IMG/VR virus record: IMGVR_UViG_2857089846_000001
Coordinates: 60,154 to 124,153 of that record
DNA from: a virus
Lineage: Duplodnaviria > Caudoviricetes
DNA length: 64,000 nt
Reading direction: 5' to 3' (one strand)
This document shows, in pieces, positions 54,926 to 63,796 of the stretch (the stretch's first letter is position 1; the number at the start of each line of letters is the position of its first letter). A program made the translations under genes and the position numbers. The notes below the pieces were generated by a model. The model was not told where the DNA came from and did not search any database. It saw nothing but the letters and a program-made list of their open reading frames with translations.

Positions 54926-55341
54926 GACCCGACCTGGAGGGTGGCGAACTCCTTGCAGTTGGAGCAGCGCAGGACGGGGCGCTGGGGGTGCTGCTCAAGG
55001 GGGATGGGGCCACAGGTGGGGCACTTGCCGAGGGCGTTGAGTGCTTTTCGGGCGGGGTAGTTGGGGTGGTCCTCCCAACGCTCGGCCTCGGTGCGGAACC
55101 ACTCCAGCCTGCGCACGGCGCCGACGACGTCGCGGTGCTCGATACACGCCTCGCCGTGACCGAGTGCGTAGCCGATGGACTGCCAGAAGAGCGGCGTGGT
55201 GACCTGCTCACTGGCCCGGTCCTTCACGAAGGAGTGCAGGGCGGTGATCTGGTCTCGCAGCTCGGTGAAGACGTCGGTGTCCGCGGCCGTGCTGACCGGT
55301 GGCGTGGGCCGGGACTCCTGCGGGCGGTATCCCTTGGTCAC
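54922..55341 (-). CDS. Hypothetical protein with WEDHPNY motif and C-terminal Zn ribbon
   Basis: CPTC...CSNC; translationally coupled on both sides. Confidence 0.7.
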   Translation of the reverse strand: MTKGYRPQESRPTPPVSTAADTDVFTELRDQITALHSFVKDRASEQVTTPLFWQSIGYALGHGEACIEHRDVVGAVRRLEWFRTEAERWEDHPNYPARKALNALGKCPTCGPIPLEQHPQRPVLRCSNCKEFATLQVGS

Positions 55342-55631
55342 GTCCAGGACTCCGTCTTGGCCGGCGTCTGCACCGCGAACGCGGCTTTGTAGTCGGGGTG
55401 GTGGTGCCAGGCGGCGGCGATGTAGCGCAGGGCCTGCCCGAGGCCGTCGGCGACACCCGAGGCGTAGTCGGGTCCGGCGGCTTTCAGGTTCGGCAGGATC
55501 TCGTCGTAGGCGCCGAGGAGATCCATCACCCCCGTCGCGAGGTTCTCCGCTTTGCCGTACTCCGGGCCCATCGCCTGGAGGCGATCACTGACAAAGCGGA
55601 TCAAACGCATGTTCTCTTCGGTTTCGCTCAT
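55338..55631 (-). CDS. DUF6221-like hypothetical protein
   Basis: ATG after AGGAGAGG; LIRFVSDRL...LRYIAAAWHHHPDY. Confidence 0.65.
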   Translation of the reverse strand: MSETEENMRLIRFVSDRLQAMGPEYGKAENLATGVMDLLGAYDEILPNLKAAGPDYASGVADGLGQALRYIAAAWHHHPDYKAAFAVQTPAKTESWT

Positions 55632-55912
55632 ACCTCTCCTTGCTCGATGCTCGCCGGTCACACCCTGCCAGGTGGCGGCTATTCCAGGGAGAATAGCCGG
55701 TAAGGGCACCCTAATTGATCCGAGCGGGGGAGAGGAGCGCGCCACGCCAGCGTGTAGAACCCGGGTTGAACCCGGGTCAGTTCTGCGAGAAGCCCTGAGA
55801 GCTCCGCGCCTCTTCGGCGCCGCGGAGCCCACCGCACTGCCTCGCAGACATGCCGAAGAGCCGCGCCACCCTGACACGGTTCGCTTCTTTTACCTGGCTG
55901 GAGAGTCGATAC

Positions 55913-56863
55913 TTATTCCTCTTCGCCTAGTATTTTGAGGACCCCTGATCTCCATTTAGTTTCCCAGAGATGCTTGATGTCCTCTCTGTGCTCTTGCGTG
56001 GGGGACAGGTTGTCGGGTAGCTGCATAACGGCAGCTCGTAGACCGTCGGCTTGGCTGTCGCGGAAACAGGCGTCCGTGGCGACATGCACTACAACCGACC
56101 ACTGGCCTAGGGCCACGTCTCGCTCTGGCGCCCTGTGCACTGTCGCCTCGGAGCAGTCGAGCCAGGCCGTGGGTACGGTGGCCGGCGCTGCCGTGCCGAG
56201 GTCAGGCAGCACGAGCAGGGCGAGAAGGTACTGCTTTTCACGCGGTCCCTCCCGCCTGAGCTTGCCCGCGACCTTCTTCTCCAGTTCGCTCTGCACCGTG
56301 CGCGGGTGATTGGCGAGCCAAGGAAGCAGGTCATGGTTCCATTTCCACGCCGCGTATTCGCCTCCCGCGTCACTCCATCGCTGCTTGAATGCGGAGAGCG
56401 CTTCGAGAATCAGTTCGTTCGGCTTGACCGGCAGGTACGAGTGGTACGCGTCATCGCGCACGTCCAGGAAGAAGTCATCGAGAACCCTTCTCGCGCCTTT
56501 CACCTCAAGCAGTGTGTAACTGTAGGCGGAAGACACCGACGCTGGGTCCGTCTCGGCAGGCGGCGTTTCCCGTTCGGGGTCGTGGAGGAATCGACCGCTG
56601 TCGCTGAGGTTCTCGATATCCTCGGGAAGCGGTTCGACCGGCGTGTCGAGAACCTTCTTCAGCCGATCGTCAAGTTCCTCTCGCGAGAACACAGGCATAT
56701 CCACTGTGTCGTCATCCGGAGAGTGTTGCATCAGATCCCACAGGATGGACAGGTACGAGTTGGCCTTGCCGGAACCGGCGGCGGTCTCGACTCGACCGGG
56801 TTCGAGACTACTGACGCCTCGCTGCATGGTGGGGCCACCCCACTCCTCGACGATGAACCTCAC
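55913..56863 (-). CDS. Hypothetical protein coupled to the ECF sigma factor
   Basis: GTGA overlap with the sigma stop; ~316 aa; lower GC than flanks. Confidence 0.65.
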   Translation of the reverse strand: MRFIVEEWGGPTMQRGVSSLEPGRVETAAGSGKANSYLSILWDLMQHSPDDDTVDMPVFSREELDDRLKKVLDTPVEPLPEDIENLSDSGRFLHDPERETPPAETDPASVSSAYSYTLLEVKGARRVLDDFFLDVRDDAYHSYLPVKPNELILEALSAFKQRWSDAGGEYAAWKWNHDLLPWLANHPRTVQSELEKKVAGKLRREGPREKQYLLALLVLPDLGTAAPATVPTAWLDCSEATVHRAPERDVALGQWSVVVHVATDACFRDSQADGLRAAVMQLPDNLSPTQEHREDIKHLWETKWRSGVLKILGEEE

Positions 56864-57393
56864 TTCTGCCCCTCTACGTCGCTGTCCCTCAGCTTGCTGA
56901 GCTTGGCCCTTGCCCGGGCGAGCCGAACTCGCCGGTTGCCCTCGGTGATACCGAACTCCTCGGCCTGTTGCCGCTTCTCGTAGCCTGCCGCCTTCATCAT
57001 CAAGAGCCGTTGGTCGTTCTCCGGGAGGCTGCGGATCTGGTCCCGGAGGTGCGCTAGGGCGACACAGTTGTCCGGACTGGAGGTCGCTGACGCGGGCCAC
57101 TCACCGAACCTCTCGGCCGGATCGCACAGAGATTCCCGCCGACTCGCTCTCTTCCTGTTGAAATCGAGGAACCGTTTCAAAGCTTTGTCCCAGAAATAGC
57201 CTTCGGGGCTCTCTATGTCAGCCCATTCCTTCATTGAGGTCTCTGTGTAGGCCTGCTGTAGGACATCTTCTGCATCTTGCTGTGACAGCCGGAATCTGCG
57301 CATCGCCCGGCGCAAGAATCTGCTGTACGTCGCACCGAAGAACTCCTCGAAGGAGGCCCACTCGTCCTGTGCGCGCGGCGCTTCATGGCTCAC
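56860..57393 (-). CDS. ECF-type sigma-70 factor
   Basis: Region 2 DAEDVLQQAY; region 4 IRSLP..QRLLMM..AEEFGITEGNRRVRLARAR. Confidence 0.85.
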   Translation of the reverse strand: MSHEAPRAQDEWASFEEFFGATYSRFLRRAMRRFRLSQQDAEDVLQQAYTETSMKEWADIESPEGYFWDKALKRFLDFNRKRASRRESLCDPAERFGEWPASATSSPDNCVALAHLRDQIRSLPENDQRLLMMKAAGYEKRQQAEEFGITEGNRRVRLARARAKLSKLRDSDVEGQK

Positions 57394-57607
57394 GGCTCCC
57401 CGACTCCGTCATCTGTTGCTCGGTCCCGGCTGCACGCCGACCTTCGGGGACGTGCAGGAGCGGCCCCTGCGGAACCTGCTCACCTGAAGAGACGTACGTC
57501 GGGGGCGAGTTGTTACACCGGCGTCGGGCTGGACGTGCACGACCGCCCTGTGCCACCCTGTGAATCCAGGCTCAATCCAGGGTTATTAATCAGAGACAGG
57601 ACACGAC

Positions 57608-58060
57608 ATGAAGATCACCATTGAGTGCGAGGACCCGGCACCGCCGGAACTCGTGGCCGCCGTGACGGATCTGATGGCCCGCATCGGCCCGCAGGCCTCT
57701 GTCTCGACCGACGACGGGTGGACCGTCGAGCGGGCCGAGAAGCTGCTCCGCGACACCAACCCCCGCACCTTGCTCCTGTTCGACGCAGCGATCGAGGGAG
57801 AAGGATGGGTCGACGGACCCGCCTTCCGGGAGAAGTGGGGGGACAACGCCCTCCGTGGGCCCTCGCAGACCATCACGAAGGCCATCAAGCGCGGTGCTGA
57901 GCGGGGCCATTGGTCCGCCGACATCACCCCGCCGTTTACCCCCACCACGCCGGACAAGTCGGGTTGGTCGAAGACCGGCGGCTACTACCTCGGCGACGGA
58001 CTCCTACCCGTCTTCCGCGAAGCCATGAAGCGGTACAAGGAGAGGAGCCGCGGCGAATGA
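57608..58060 (+). CDS. Hypothetical protein
   Basis: 150 aa, RBS AGGA, normal high-GC codon bias. Confidence 0.75.
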   Translation: MKITIECEDPAPPELVAAVTDLMARIGPQASVSTDDGWTVERAEKLLRDTNPRTLLLFDAAIEGEGWVDGPAFREKWGDNALRGPSQTITKAIKRGAERGHWSADITPPFTPTTPDKSGWSKTGGYYLGDGLLPVFREAMKRYKERSRGE

Positions 58061-58662
58061 CCCGCCAGACGCAGGCGCCGATCGAGCACACGAACTTCAA
58101 CCCGATGTTCCGGCGGGCCTCCGCCATCGTGGACGACGTGAGGCGAGGCAACTTGGATCTGCACCCGCCGTACCAGCGCGGCAGCGTATGGAACGACGAG
58201 CAGCGGATGAACCTCATCGAGTCGTGGCTGTACGGCGTACCAACCGGGCCGATCGTCCTGGTCGACCGGGCCAACGGCAAGTGGAAGACCGAGGACGGCC
58301 AGCGTCCCCTGTACGACGACGTGGACGTGGCCATGTGGGGCTGCGCGGATGGGCAGCAGCGCATCACCACGGCCATGGCCTGGTTCGATGGCGAGTTCGC
58401 AGTCCCTGCCTCCTGGTTCGATGGCGAGTTTCTCGAGACGACGGAGGAGACCGCGGACGGCCCGTACGTCCGCTTCACCGGCCTGACCAAGCCAGGTCAG
58501 CTCAAGTTCGACTTGCACCTGGCGTCCTTCCAGGTGTCTGAGGACAGGACGTGCACCGGCATGGCGGACGAAGCCCGGACCTATCTGCTGATCAACACCT
58601 CGGGCACCGCGCAGACCAGTGCCGACCTCGACAACGCCCGGCGTGTCGCCGCAGGAGGCTGA
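58057..58662 (+). CDS. Standalone DUF262 (GmrS-like, ParB/Srx fold) protein
   Basis: PPYQRGSVW, LIESW..GVPTG, DGQQRITT, LINTSG. Confidence 0.85.
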   Translation: MTRQTQAPIEHTNFNPMFRRASAIVDDVRRGNLDLHPPYQRGSVWNDEQRMNLIESWLYGVPTGPIVLVDRANGKWKTEDGQRPLYDDVDVAMWGCADGQQRITTAMAWFDGEFAVPASWFDGEFLETTEETADGPYVRFTGLTKPGQLKFDLHLASFQVSEDRTCTGMADEARTYLLINTSGTAQTSADLDNARRVAAGG

Positions 58663-58663
58663 G

Positions 58664-58858
58664 ATGGCGGACCTGAAGGAGAGCAGGACCCCGTGGCGCT
58701 GCGAGGTCGACTGGCACGCGCACACGAGCGATCAGCGGGGGGCGACGTGCCGGCCGGACACCCTGCTCCACCCCGAGCTCTCGGACGAGCAGGGCAAATA
58801 CCCGCCGCAGACCTCCAGGCCAAACCTGGCACAGCAGTCCCTTGAGGGACCTGAGTAG
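58664..58858 (+). CDS. Hypothetical protein
   Basis: ATG after AGGAGG; 64 aa. Confidence 0.45.
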   Translation: MADLKESRTPWRCEVDWHAHTSDQRGATCRPDTLLHPELSDEQGKYPPQTSRPNLAQQSLEGPE

Positions 58859-58931
58859 CAGCACTTCCATGACGCCCCGGGCGCACGAGCGAGCGCCCGG
58901 ACTTCAACGCTCCGAAAAAGGACAACCCCAC

Positions 58932-59204
58932 ATGCAGCACTACACCGAAGACCCCTTGATGGACGGGCCGCGCCGCGAGCACCAACTGTTGCTGGAGCCC
59001 GTCGGCACGACGACCGGCGTGCTCATCACGGCGGCCCTGTTCGCCGCCGGCTGCGCGGCGGGGGACTGGATGGACCCCCGCCCGTACGACCTCCACGCCC
59101 ACATGGAGGGCTTTGACCAGCACATGGGGGAGGTACAGCGGAAGGTCCACGAGACAGAAGCCTCCGAGGCGAGCCAGGGTGACCGCCCCGACGAGGAGGC
59201 GTGA
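58932..59204 (+). CDS. Hypothetical protein
   Basis: ATG after AAAGGA; 90 aa. Confidence 0.55.
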   Translation: MQHYTEDPLMDGPRREHQLLLEPVGTTTGVLITAALFAAGCAAGDWMDPRPYDLHAHMEGFDQHMGEVQRKVHETEASEASQGDRPDEEA

Positions 59205-59205
59205 C

Positions 59206-59760
59206 GTGGTGTTCCGGCTCAGCGCGAAGGAGGCCGCGCGCTACCCCGGCCTCCGTGCCCGGCTCGATGCTCAGCGGACCCCGCAGAAGCAGCCGGCGAA
59301 GGCCCGCACGGCGGCCGCGGGGGGCTCCTCGGCGTACGTCGAGTGGGAGCCCGCTGAGGAGATCGGCGACGCTCGGCACTGGATGCTCGACCTGCCCGAC
59401 ATGGAGCTGATCAACGCCAACGAGGTGCGCCGCTGGCACTGGGGGAAGGAGCGCCGCGTCGCCGCGTCGATACGGGAGGCCACCGCGGTGCTCGCCCGCT
59501 CGCTGAAAGTGCCTCGGCTGACGCTGGCCCGGGTGGTGTACGTGGTGCACCCCAAGGCCCGCACGAGGGTCTTCGACCCGTCAAACTGGGCCCTGTCAGC
59601 AAAGGCCGCTGTGGACGGCCTCCAGGACGCGGGAGTGTTCGAGGACGACAACGCCTCCGTGGTGACGGGCGTTGACCCCCGGGCCGGTCAGCGCCAGCAC
59701 GGCGCGCAGATCAGGATGTCGCTGGTCATCATCGACCAGGGGAGAGGGGAAGAGCAGTGA
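59206..59760 (+). CDS. RusA-like Holliday junction resolvase
   Basis: DPSNWALSAKAAVDGLQDAGVFEDDN; RBS GAGGAGG. Confidence 0.75.
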   Translation: MVFRLSAKEAARYPGLRARLDAQRTPQKQPAKARTAAAGGSSAYVEWEPAEEIGDARHWMLDLPDMELINANEVRRWHWGKERRVAASIREATAVLARSLKVPRLTLARVVYVVHPKARTRVFDPSNWALSAKAAVDGLQDAGVFEDDNASVVTGVDPRAGQRQHGAQIRMSLVIIDQGRGEEQ

Positions 59761-59981
59761 GGGAATCGACGGCCGCCGCGGTGACCGCTGAGAAGCGAGT
59801 GAGTGACCTGCTGGAGGAGTCAGGCGTACGCGACAGCCTGATCCCGACGTACGCGAAGGCGTTCACCGCGCTGTACGCAATGGAGTTCGCGGCGCAGCTC
59901 CGCGCGGAGGGTTTCGAGGAGGCCGCCGCGCGGCTCCAGCCGGACCCTGCCGTCATCGAGGCCGCGTGGGGTGAAGAGTGA
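59757..59981 (+). CDS. Hypothetical protein
   Basis: 74 aa, GTGA-coupled. Confidence 0.6.
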   Translation: MRESTAAAVTAEKRVSDLLEESGVRDSLIPTYAKAFTALYAMEFAAQLRAEGFEEAAARLQPDPAVIEAAWGEE

Positions 59982-60151
59982 CCGCATGGCCGCCGACGTG
60001 GTGAGCGATTGGGAGCCGGCGGTACCTCTGCCGGCCCCGTACGCCGCGGTGTAACGAATCCGCGGGTCACTCCGTCTATCCGGTGCACGAGCCCCCTGAG
60101 ATCGGCGCACGTCGGCATGGCAAGCAGGGGGCCGTGCTCGGGAGGGACACC

Positions 60152-60412
60152 GTGAGCACTGCCACTACCGTCGAGCGCGCCGAGTTGCTGCGCGAGGCGT
60201 CCTTGACGATATGCGGCCGGCGTGAGGGCAAGACGACGTCGTGCACCTCGTGCCTGCGGAAGGCCGACGCTGTCGTACGTCTGGTCAAGGGATCGGACCT
60301 GAACACGGTCCTGGTCCCGCGTATCGCGGACATCATCTGTGGCTCGGCGGGGCATCCCTGCGGGTTGTGCTGGGACAAGGCCACCACTCTGGTCCTGGAG
60401 CTGCGGCCGTGA
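60152..60412 (+). CDS. Cys-rich hypothetical protein with internal duplication
   Basis: GTG after GGAGG; ICG...CTSC.RKA and ICG...CGLC.DKA. Confidence 0.6.
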   Translation: MSTATTVERAELLREASLTICGRREGKTTSCTSCLRKADAVVRLVKGSDLNTVLVPRIADIICGSAGHPCGLCWDKATTLVLELRP

Positions 60413-61002
60413 CGTTCGACGCGCCTGAGCCCCTGTTCGTGTGGGCACGTGTGCGTGCCGGTGAGCTCGAAGCCGTCTCGATGATCCCGGTGCTGGGTGT
60501 CTCCTGGGGGAGGATGCGGCCGGTCAGCCTGCGGCACGCTGTCCGGCGGGCGAAGGTCAGGCTCTTCAACGATGGCGCGCTGTGCGAGTCCTGTGCCGGG
60601 GCGTATGGCGATGTCCCGGGACCGTGCGCGGACGCCCGGAGACGCTGTAGCCCGGTCCGCCTGACCATCTGGACGGGCACGTGCGAGTACCCGCTCACGG
60701 ACGACCTGCTGACGGTGTACCCGTCGGTGAGCCGGCTGCGGCTGTTCGCCCGGACTCTGGGCAACCGCACCCTGTTCTCCACCGTGGAGGTGGGCGCGGC
60801 CGAGTGGACCGGTTCCACTCCCGAGCAGAGGCACGCGATCATGCGGGACGTGGTGGAGCGCCTGAAGCGGAGCGCTCTGGGCGAGGACACGGCCGGCATC
60901 CGCACGTTCATCATGGACGGCGAGCGTGAGATCCCCTACCCCGCCAACTGGACTGGGGCGTCTGCCGATCATCGCCGGTACGCTTCTCCCATAACTGCAT
61001 AG
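60409..61002 (+). CDS. Hypothetical protein
   Basis: GTGA-coupled; 197 aa with a Cys cluster. Confidence 0.6.
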   Translation: MTFDAPEPLFVWARVRAGELEAVSMIPVLGVSWGRMRPVSLRHAVRRAKVRLFNDGALCESCAGAYGDVPGPCADARRRCSPVRLTIWTGTCEYPLTDDLLTVYPSVSRLRLFARTLGNRTLFSTVEVGAAEWTGSTPEQRHAIMRDVVERLKRSALGEDTAGIRTFIMDGEREIPYPANWTGASADHRRYASPITA

Positions 61003-61202
61003 CCGGGTATCGGCCCGGTCCGACTGTGGCGCACGAGCAAGCGCCCCGGTTCAACGCTCCGATTACGACCAGGAGGGCATCCATGCCTTGCGCCACCGTG
61101 ATCTTTTCCGGCTTCGGCACCCCGTCCTGATGTGACGTGACGAACCCCCGACCTGGGGTTTTCGCCGCATTCCACGTCACGTCACTTCCCGGGGAGACTG
61201 CT

Positions 61203-63161
61203 GTGCCTTCGCATGACTCGATATTGGCGCGCGCCGCGCTGGGGACCGCGGGCGCGCTGGGTTCGCTGTGCCGCTGGTGTGCGCGCCGCCGCTACGAACT
61301 GGCTCCCGGCGCCGCGTCGACCGGTCTGACGGGCCTGTCGTGGCTTCACCACCTGGACGGCGTCAGCCTCGGTGAGCACATCGTGTACGGGGTGGCGACG
61401 GCCGCGGCCGCGGGCCTCGCCGCGGGGGGGCTCAAGCACAAGCACAGGGGCGTGGCGGCGGCCGGGGCGAGCGGCATGGTGGTGCTGGCCGACGCGTGGA
61501 TCGGTGCCGGCCTCGGCCCGTCCGTGCCGTCCCTGATCGCGAGTGCGCTGGCCACCGGCGGCGCGTACGCCATGTACGTGCCGTGGCTGGTGAAGTCGCG
61601 TCAGCAGCAGCTCTCCCTCCAGGTGAAGGCGGCGAAGTCCGGCGTCACCGCCGAGGGCCTGGGTACCAACACGCTCGCCCCCGGGCTGACCGGCGCGACC
61701 GCGGAGGAGACCGCGCTGCTGCGCGCCCTGGTCGCGATGCTGTCTGTGCCCGCGGTGGACGTGACATCGCTGGACTACACGCCCTTCGGGTGGCGGGCGG
61801 TCATCGTGCTGCCGCCTGGCCGCAACACCGCCCCGCAGAAGGTCATCGCACGCAAGGACCAGCTCGCCGCGAACCTCGGGCTGCCCGGCAAGCTGCGTCT
61901 GGCCCGGGGAGAGAAGGACAACGAGCTGGTCGTCTCCCTGTACGAGTCGGACCCGCTGGCAACGTCGATCCCGTGGCCGGGCCCGTCCACGCGGACGTGC
62001 ACGGAGCCGGCCGTGCTGGGCATGGACGCCTTCGGCAACCCGGTCCTGATCCCGCTGCTGTACAACCACGTGCTGATCGGTGGCTCGACGGACAACGGCA
62101 AGAGCGGTGTGCAGAGCGTCCTCATCGCGTACGCGGTCGCCTGCGACGACGCCGAGGTGCTGCTCATCGACATGAAGCCGGGGGCGGTGGAGTTCGGCCC
62201 GTGGCGGGACTGCGCCCTCGCGCTGGCCGATTCGCCGAGTCGCGCGATGCAGCTGCTGAAGCTGGTGTGGGCGGAGGTCGAGCGCCGCGGTGCGCTCTTG
62301 GCCGAGCTCGGCGAGAAGAAGTGGGTGCCGGGCAAGCACGGTCCGGCCTGGTTCGTGTTCATTGACGAGCTGGCCGAGCTCGTACGCCGGGTGCCGCAGG
62401 CCGCGAAGCTGATCGAGTCGCTGCTCCAGGTGGCGCGGTTCGTGGGCATCACTCTGGTGTGCGCCACTCAGTCGCCGTCGAACCGGGTGTTCGGCGGGTC
62501 AACCGACGGGCGCCAGCAGTACCAGGTGCGTATCGGGCTGGGCGCGAAGGAGTCCACGACGTCGAACCTGATCTTCGGGCCGGGGGCGTACGGGGATGGC
62601 TGGTGCCTGGACGAGCTGGACGCGCCGGGCAAGTTCCTGCGCTGGGACCGCGAGCACCAGGTCCCGGTCGAGGCCCGGGGGTTCTGGATGACTGACGAGG
62701 ACGTCGCGGCGACGAGCCATCGCTACGCCCGGGAGGAGGGCGAGAGCGAGGCCAGGGAGCATCCGGAGCCGTCGCCGGACCCCGACGACGACTCGCCTCC
62801 GCCGATGCCTCCCCCGCCGCCGTCCGGCGGTCCCGGGGGCGGCCGTCCCGTGCTGCGCGCGGTGCCGGTGTTCCCCGACGGAACGGAGATCGCCGACGAG
62901 CGTCATCTCGCGCTGTGGCAGGCCGTCGAGAAGGCGGGCCCGCAGGGCATCACCGTGGACGACCTGGTGGCGCTCGACCTCCCCCAGTTCGCCGCTCGTT
63001 CCTCGGTGAACGGGCCGCTGGGGCAGTGGCGTCGCAAGGGCTGGGTCGAGGAAGCGGGGAAGAAGGGCCGGGCGATGGCCTACCGGACGGTGCCGCGGCA
63101 CGCGGTCGAGGAGGCGCCGGAGGCCGTGGAGGACTCCGAGTCGGCCACGGTCAGTGGATGA
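61203..63161 (+). CDS. FtsK/SpoIIIE-family DNA translocase, TraB-like
   Basis: N-terminal TM helices, Walker A GGSTDNGKS, LIDMKPG, Walker B VFIDELAEL, ATQSP, Pro linker, C-terminal wHTH-like domain. Confidence 0.85.
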   Translation: MPSHDSILARAALGTAGALGSLCRWCARRRYELAPGAASTGLTGLSWLHHLDGVSLGEHIVYGVATAAAAGLAAGGLKHKHRGVAAAGASGMVVLADAWIGAGLGPSVPSLIASALATGGAYAMYVPWLVKSRQQQLSLQVKAAKSGVTAEGLGTNTLAPGLTGATAEETALLRALVAMLSVPAVDVTSLDYTPFGWRAVIVLPPGRNTAPQKVIARKDQLAANLGLPGKLRLARGEKDNELVVSLYESDPLATSIPWPGPSTRTCTEPAVLGMDAFGNPVLIPLLYNHVLIGGSTDNGKSGVQSVLIAYAVACDDAEVLLIDMKPGAVEFGPWRDCALALADSPSRAMQLLKLVWAEVERRGALLAELGEKKWVPGKHGPAWFVFIDELAELVRRVPQAAKLIESLLQVARFVGITLVCATQSPSNRVFGGSTDGRQQYQVRIGLGAKESTTSNLIFGPGAYGDGWCLDELDAPGKFLRWDREHQVPVEARGFWMTDEDVAATSHRYAREEGESEAREHPEPSPDPDDDSPPPMPPPPPSGGPGGGRPVLRAVPVFPDGTEIADERHLALWQAVEKAGPQGITVDDLVALDLPQFAARSSVNGPLGQWRRKGWVEEAGKKGRAMAYRTVPRHAVEEAPEAVEDSESATVSG

Positions 63162-63780
63162 GGGGCCGTCAGTGGCCCATGACACTATCCGTGCCGTGAG
63201 CGTAGAGACGGCTGCACCGGCGGCCGCGGGAGGCGCCATCCCCGCGGCCGCCGTGGTGCGTACGCCTGCCGGGGTGCTGCATCTGCTGCCGCCGGGGGAT
63301 GCCGCGCCGCGGCTCCCGGTGTTCACCGTGCCGCTGCTGTGCAGCCCCGACCCGGCGGGGGCGCCGGCGGTCCGCCGGTACGGCGGTGAGTGGAACGGGC
63401 CGAAGGCGTGCCGGGCCTGCGTGAGGGTGTGGCGCGGTGACCCGGCACCGGTGGAGGCCGAGGCCCTGGAGCTGCCCGGCGCCGAGCCCGTCGAGCCTGC
63501 CGAGCGGCGGGTGCCATCGCTGCCGCGCGAGCATCGCGGCCGGCCGCTGGTCTGGTGCGACTGGGAGCCGCAACTGCGGCTGTCGCACTACTCCTCCGAG
63601 TGTGAGCACTGTGGGGACCCGGGCCCGGGGAAGATGGCGACCGGGCGGGGCCGGGAGCCGCTGGGCCGGTACGTGGCTTTCTGGTGCTCTGCCTGCGGGC
63701 ATGCAAGAGCGTACGAGTGCGTCGAATCCTGGGATCTGCAGGTCATCTATGTAGAGCGGGGAACCTCTGGGCGTCGTTGA
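63154..63780 (+). CDS. Hypothetical Zn-finger-like protein
   Basis: CRAC, CEHC, CSAC motifs; start uncertain. Confidence 0.6.
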   Translation: MDEGPSVAHDTIRAVSVETAAPAAAGGAIPAAAVVRTPAGVLHLLPPGDAAPRLPVFTVPLLCSPDPAGAPAVRRYGGEWNGPKACRACVRVWRGDPAPVEAEALELPGAEPVEPAERRVPSLPREHRGRPLVWCDWEPQLRLSHYSSECEHCGDPGPGKMATGRGREPLGRYVAFWCSACGHARAYECVESWDLQVIYVERGTSGRR

Positions 63781-63796
63781 TGGCAGGATCTCCGCC

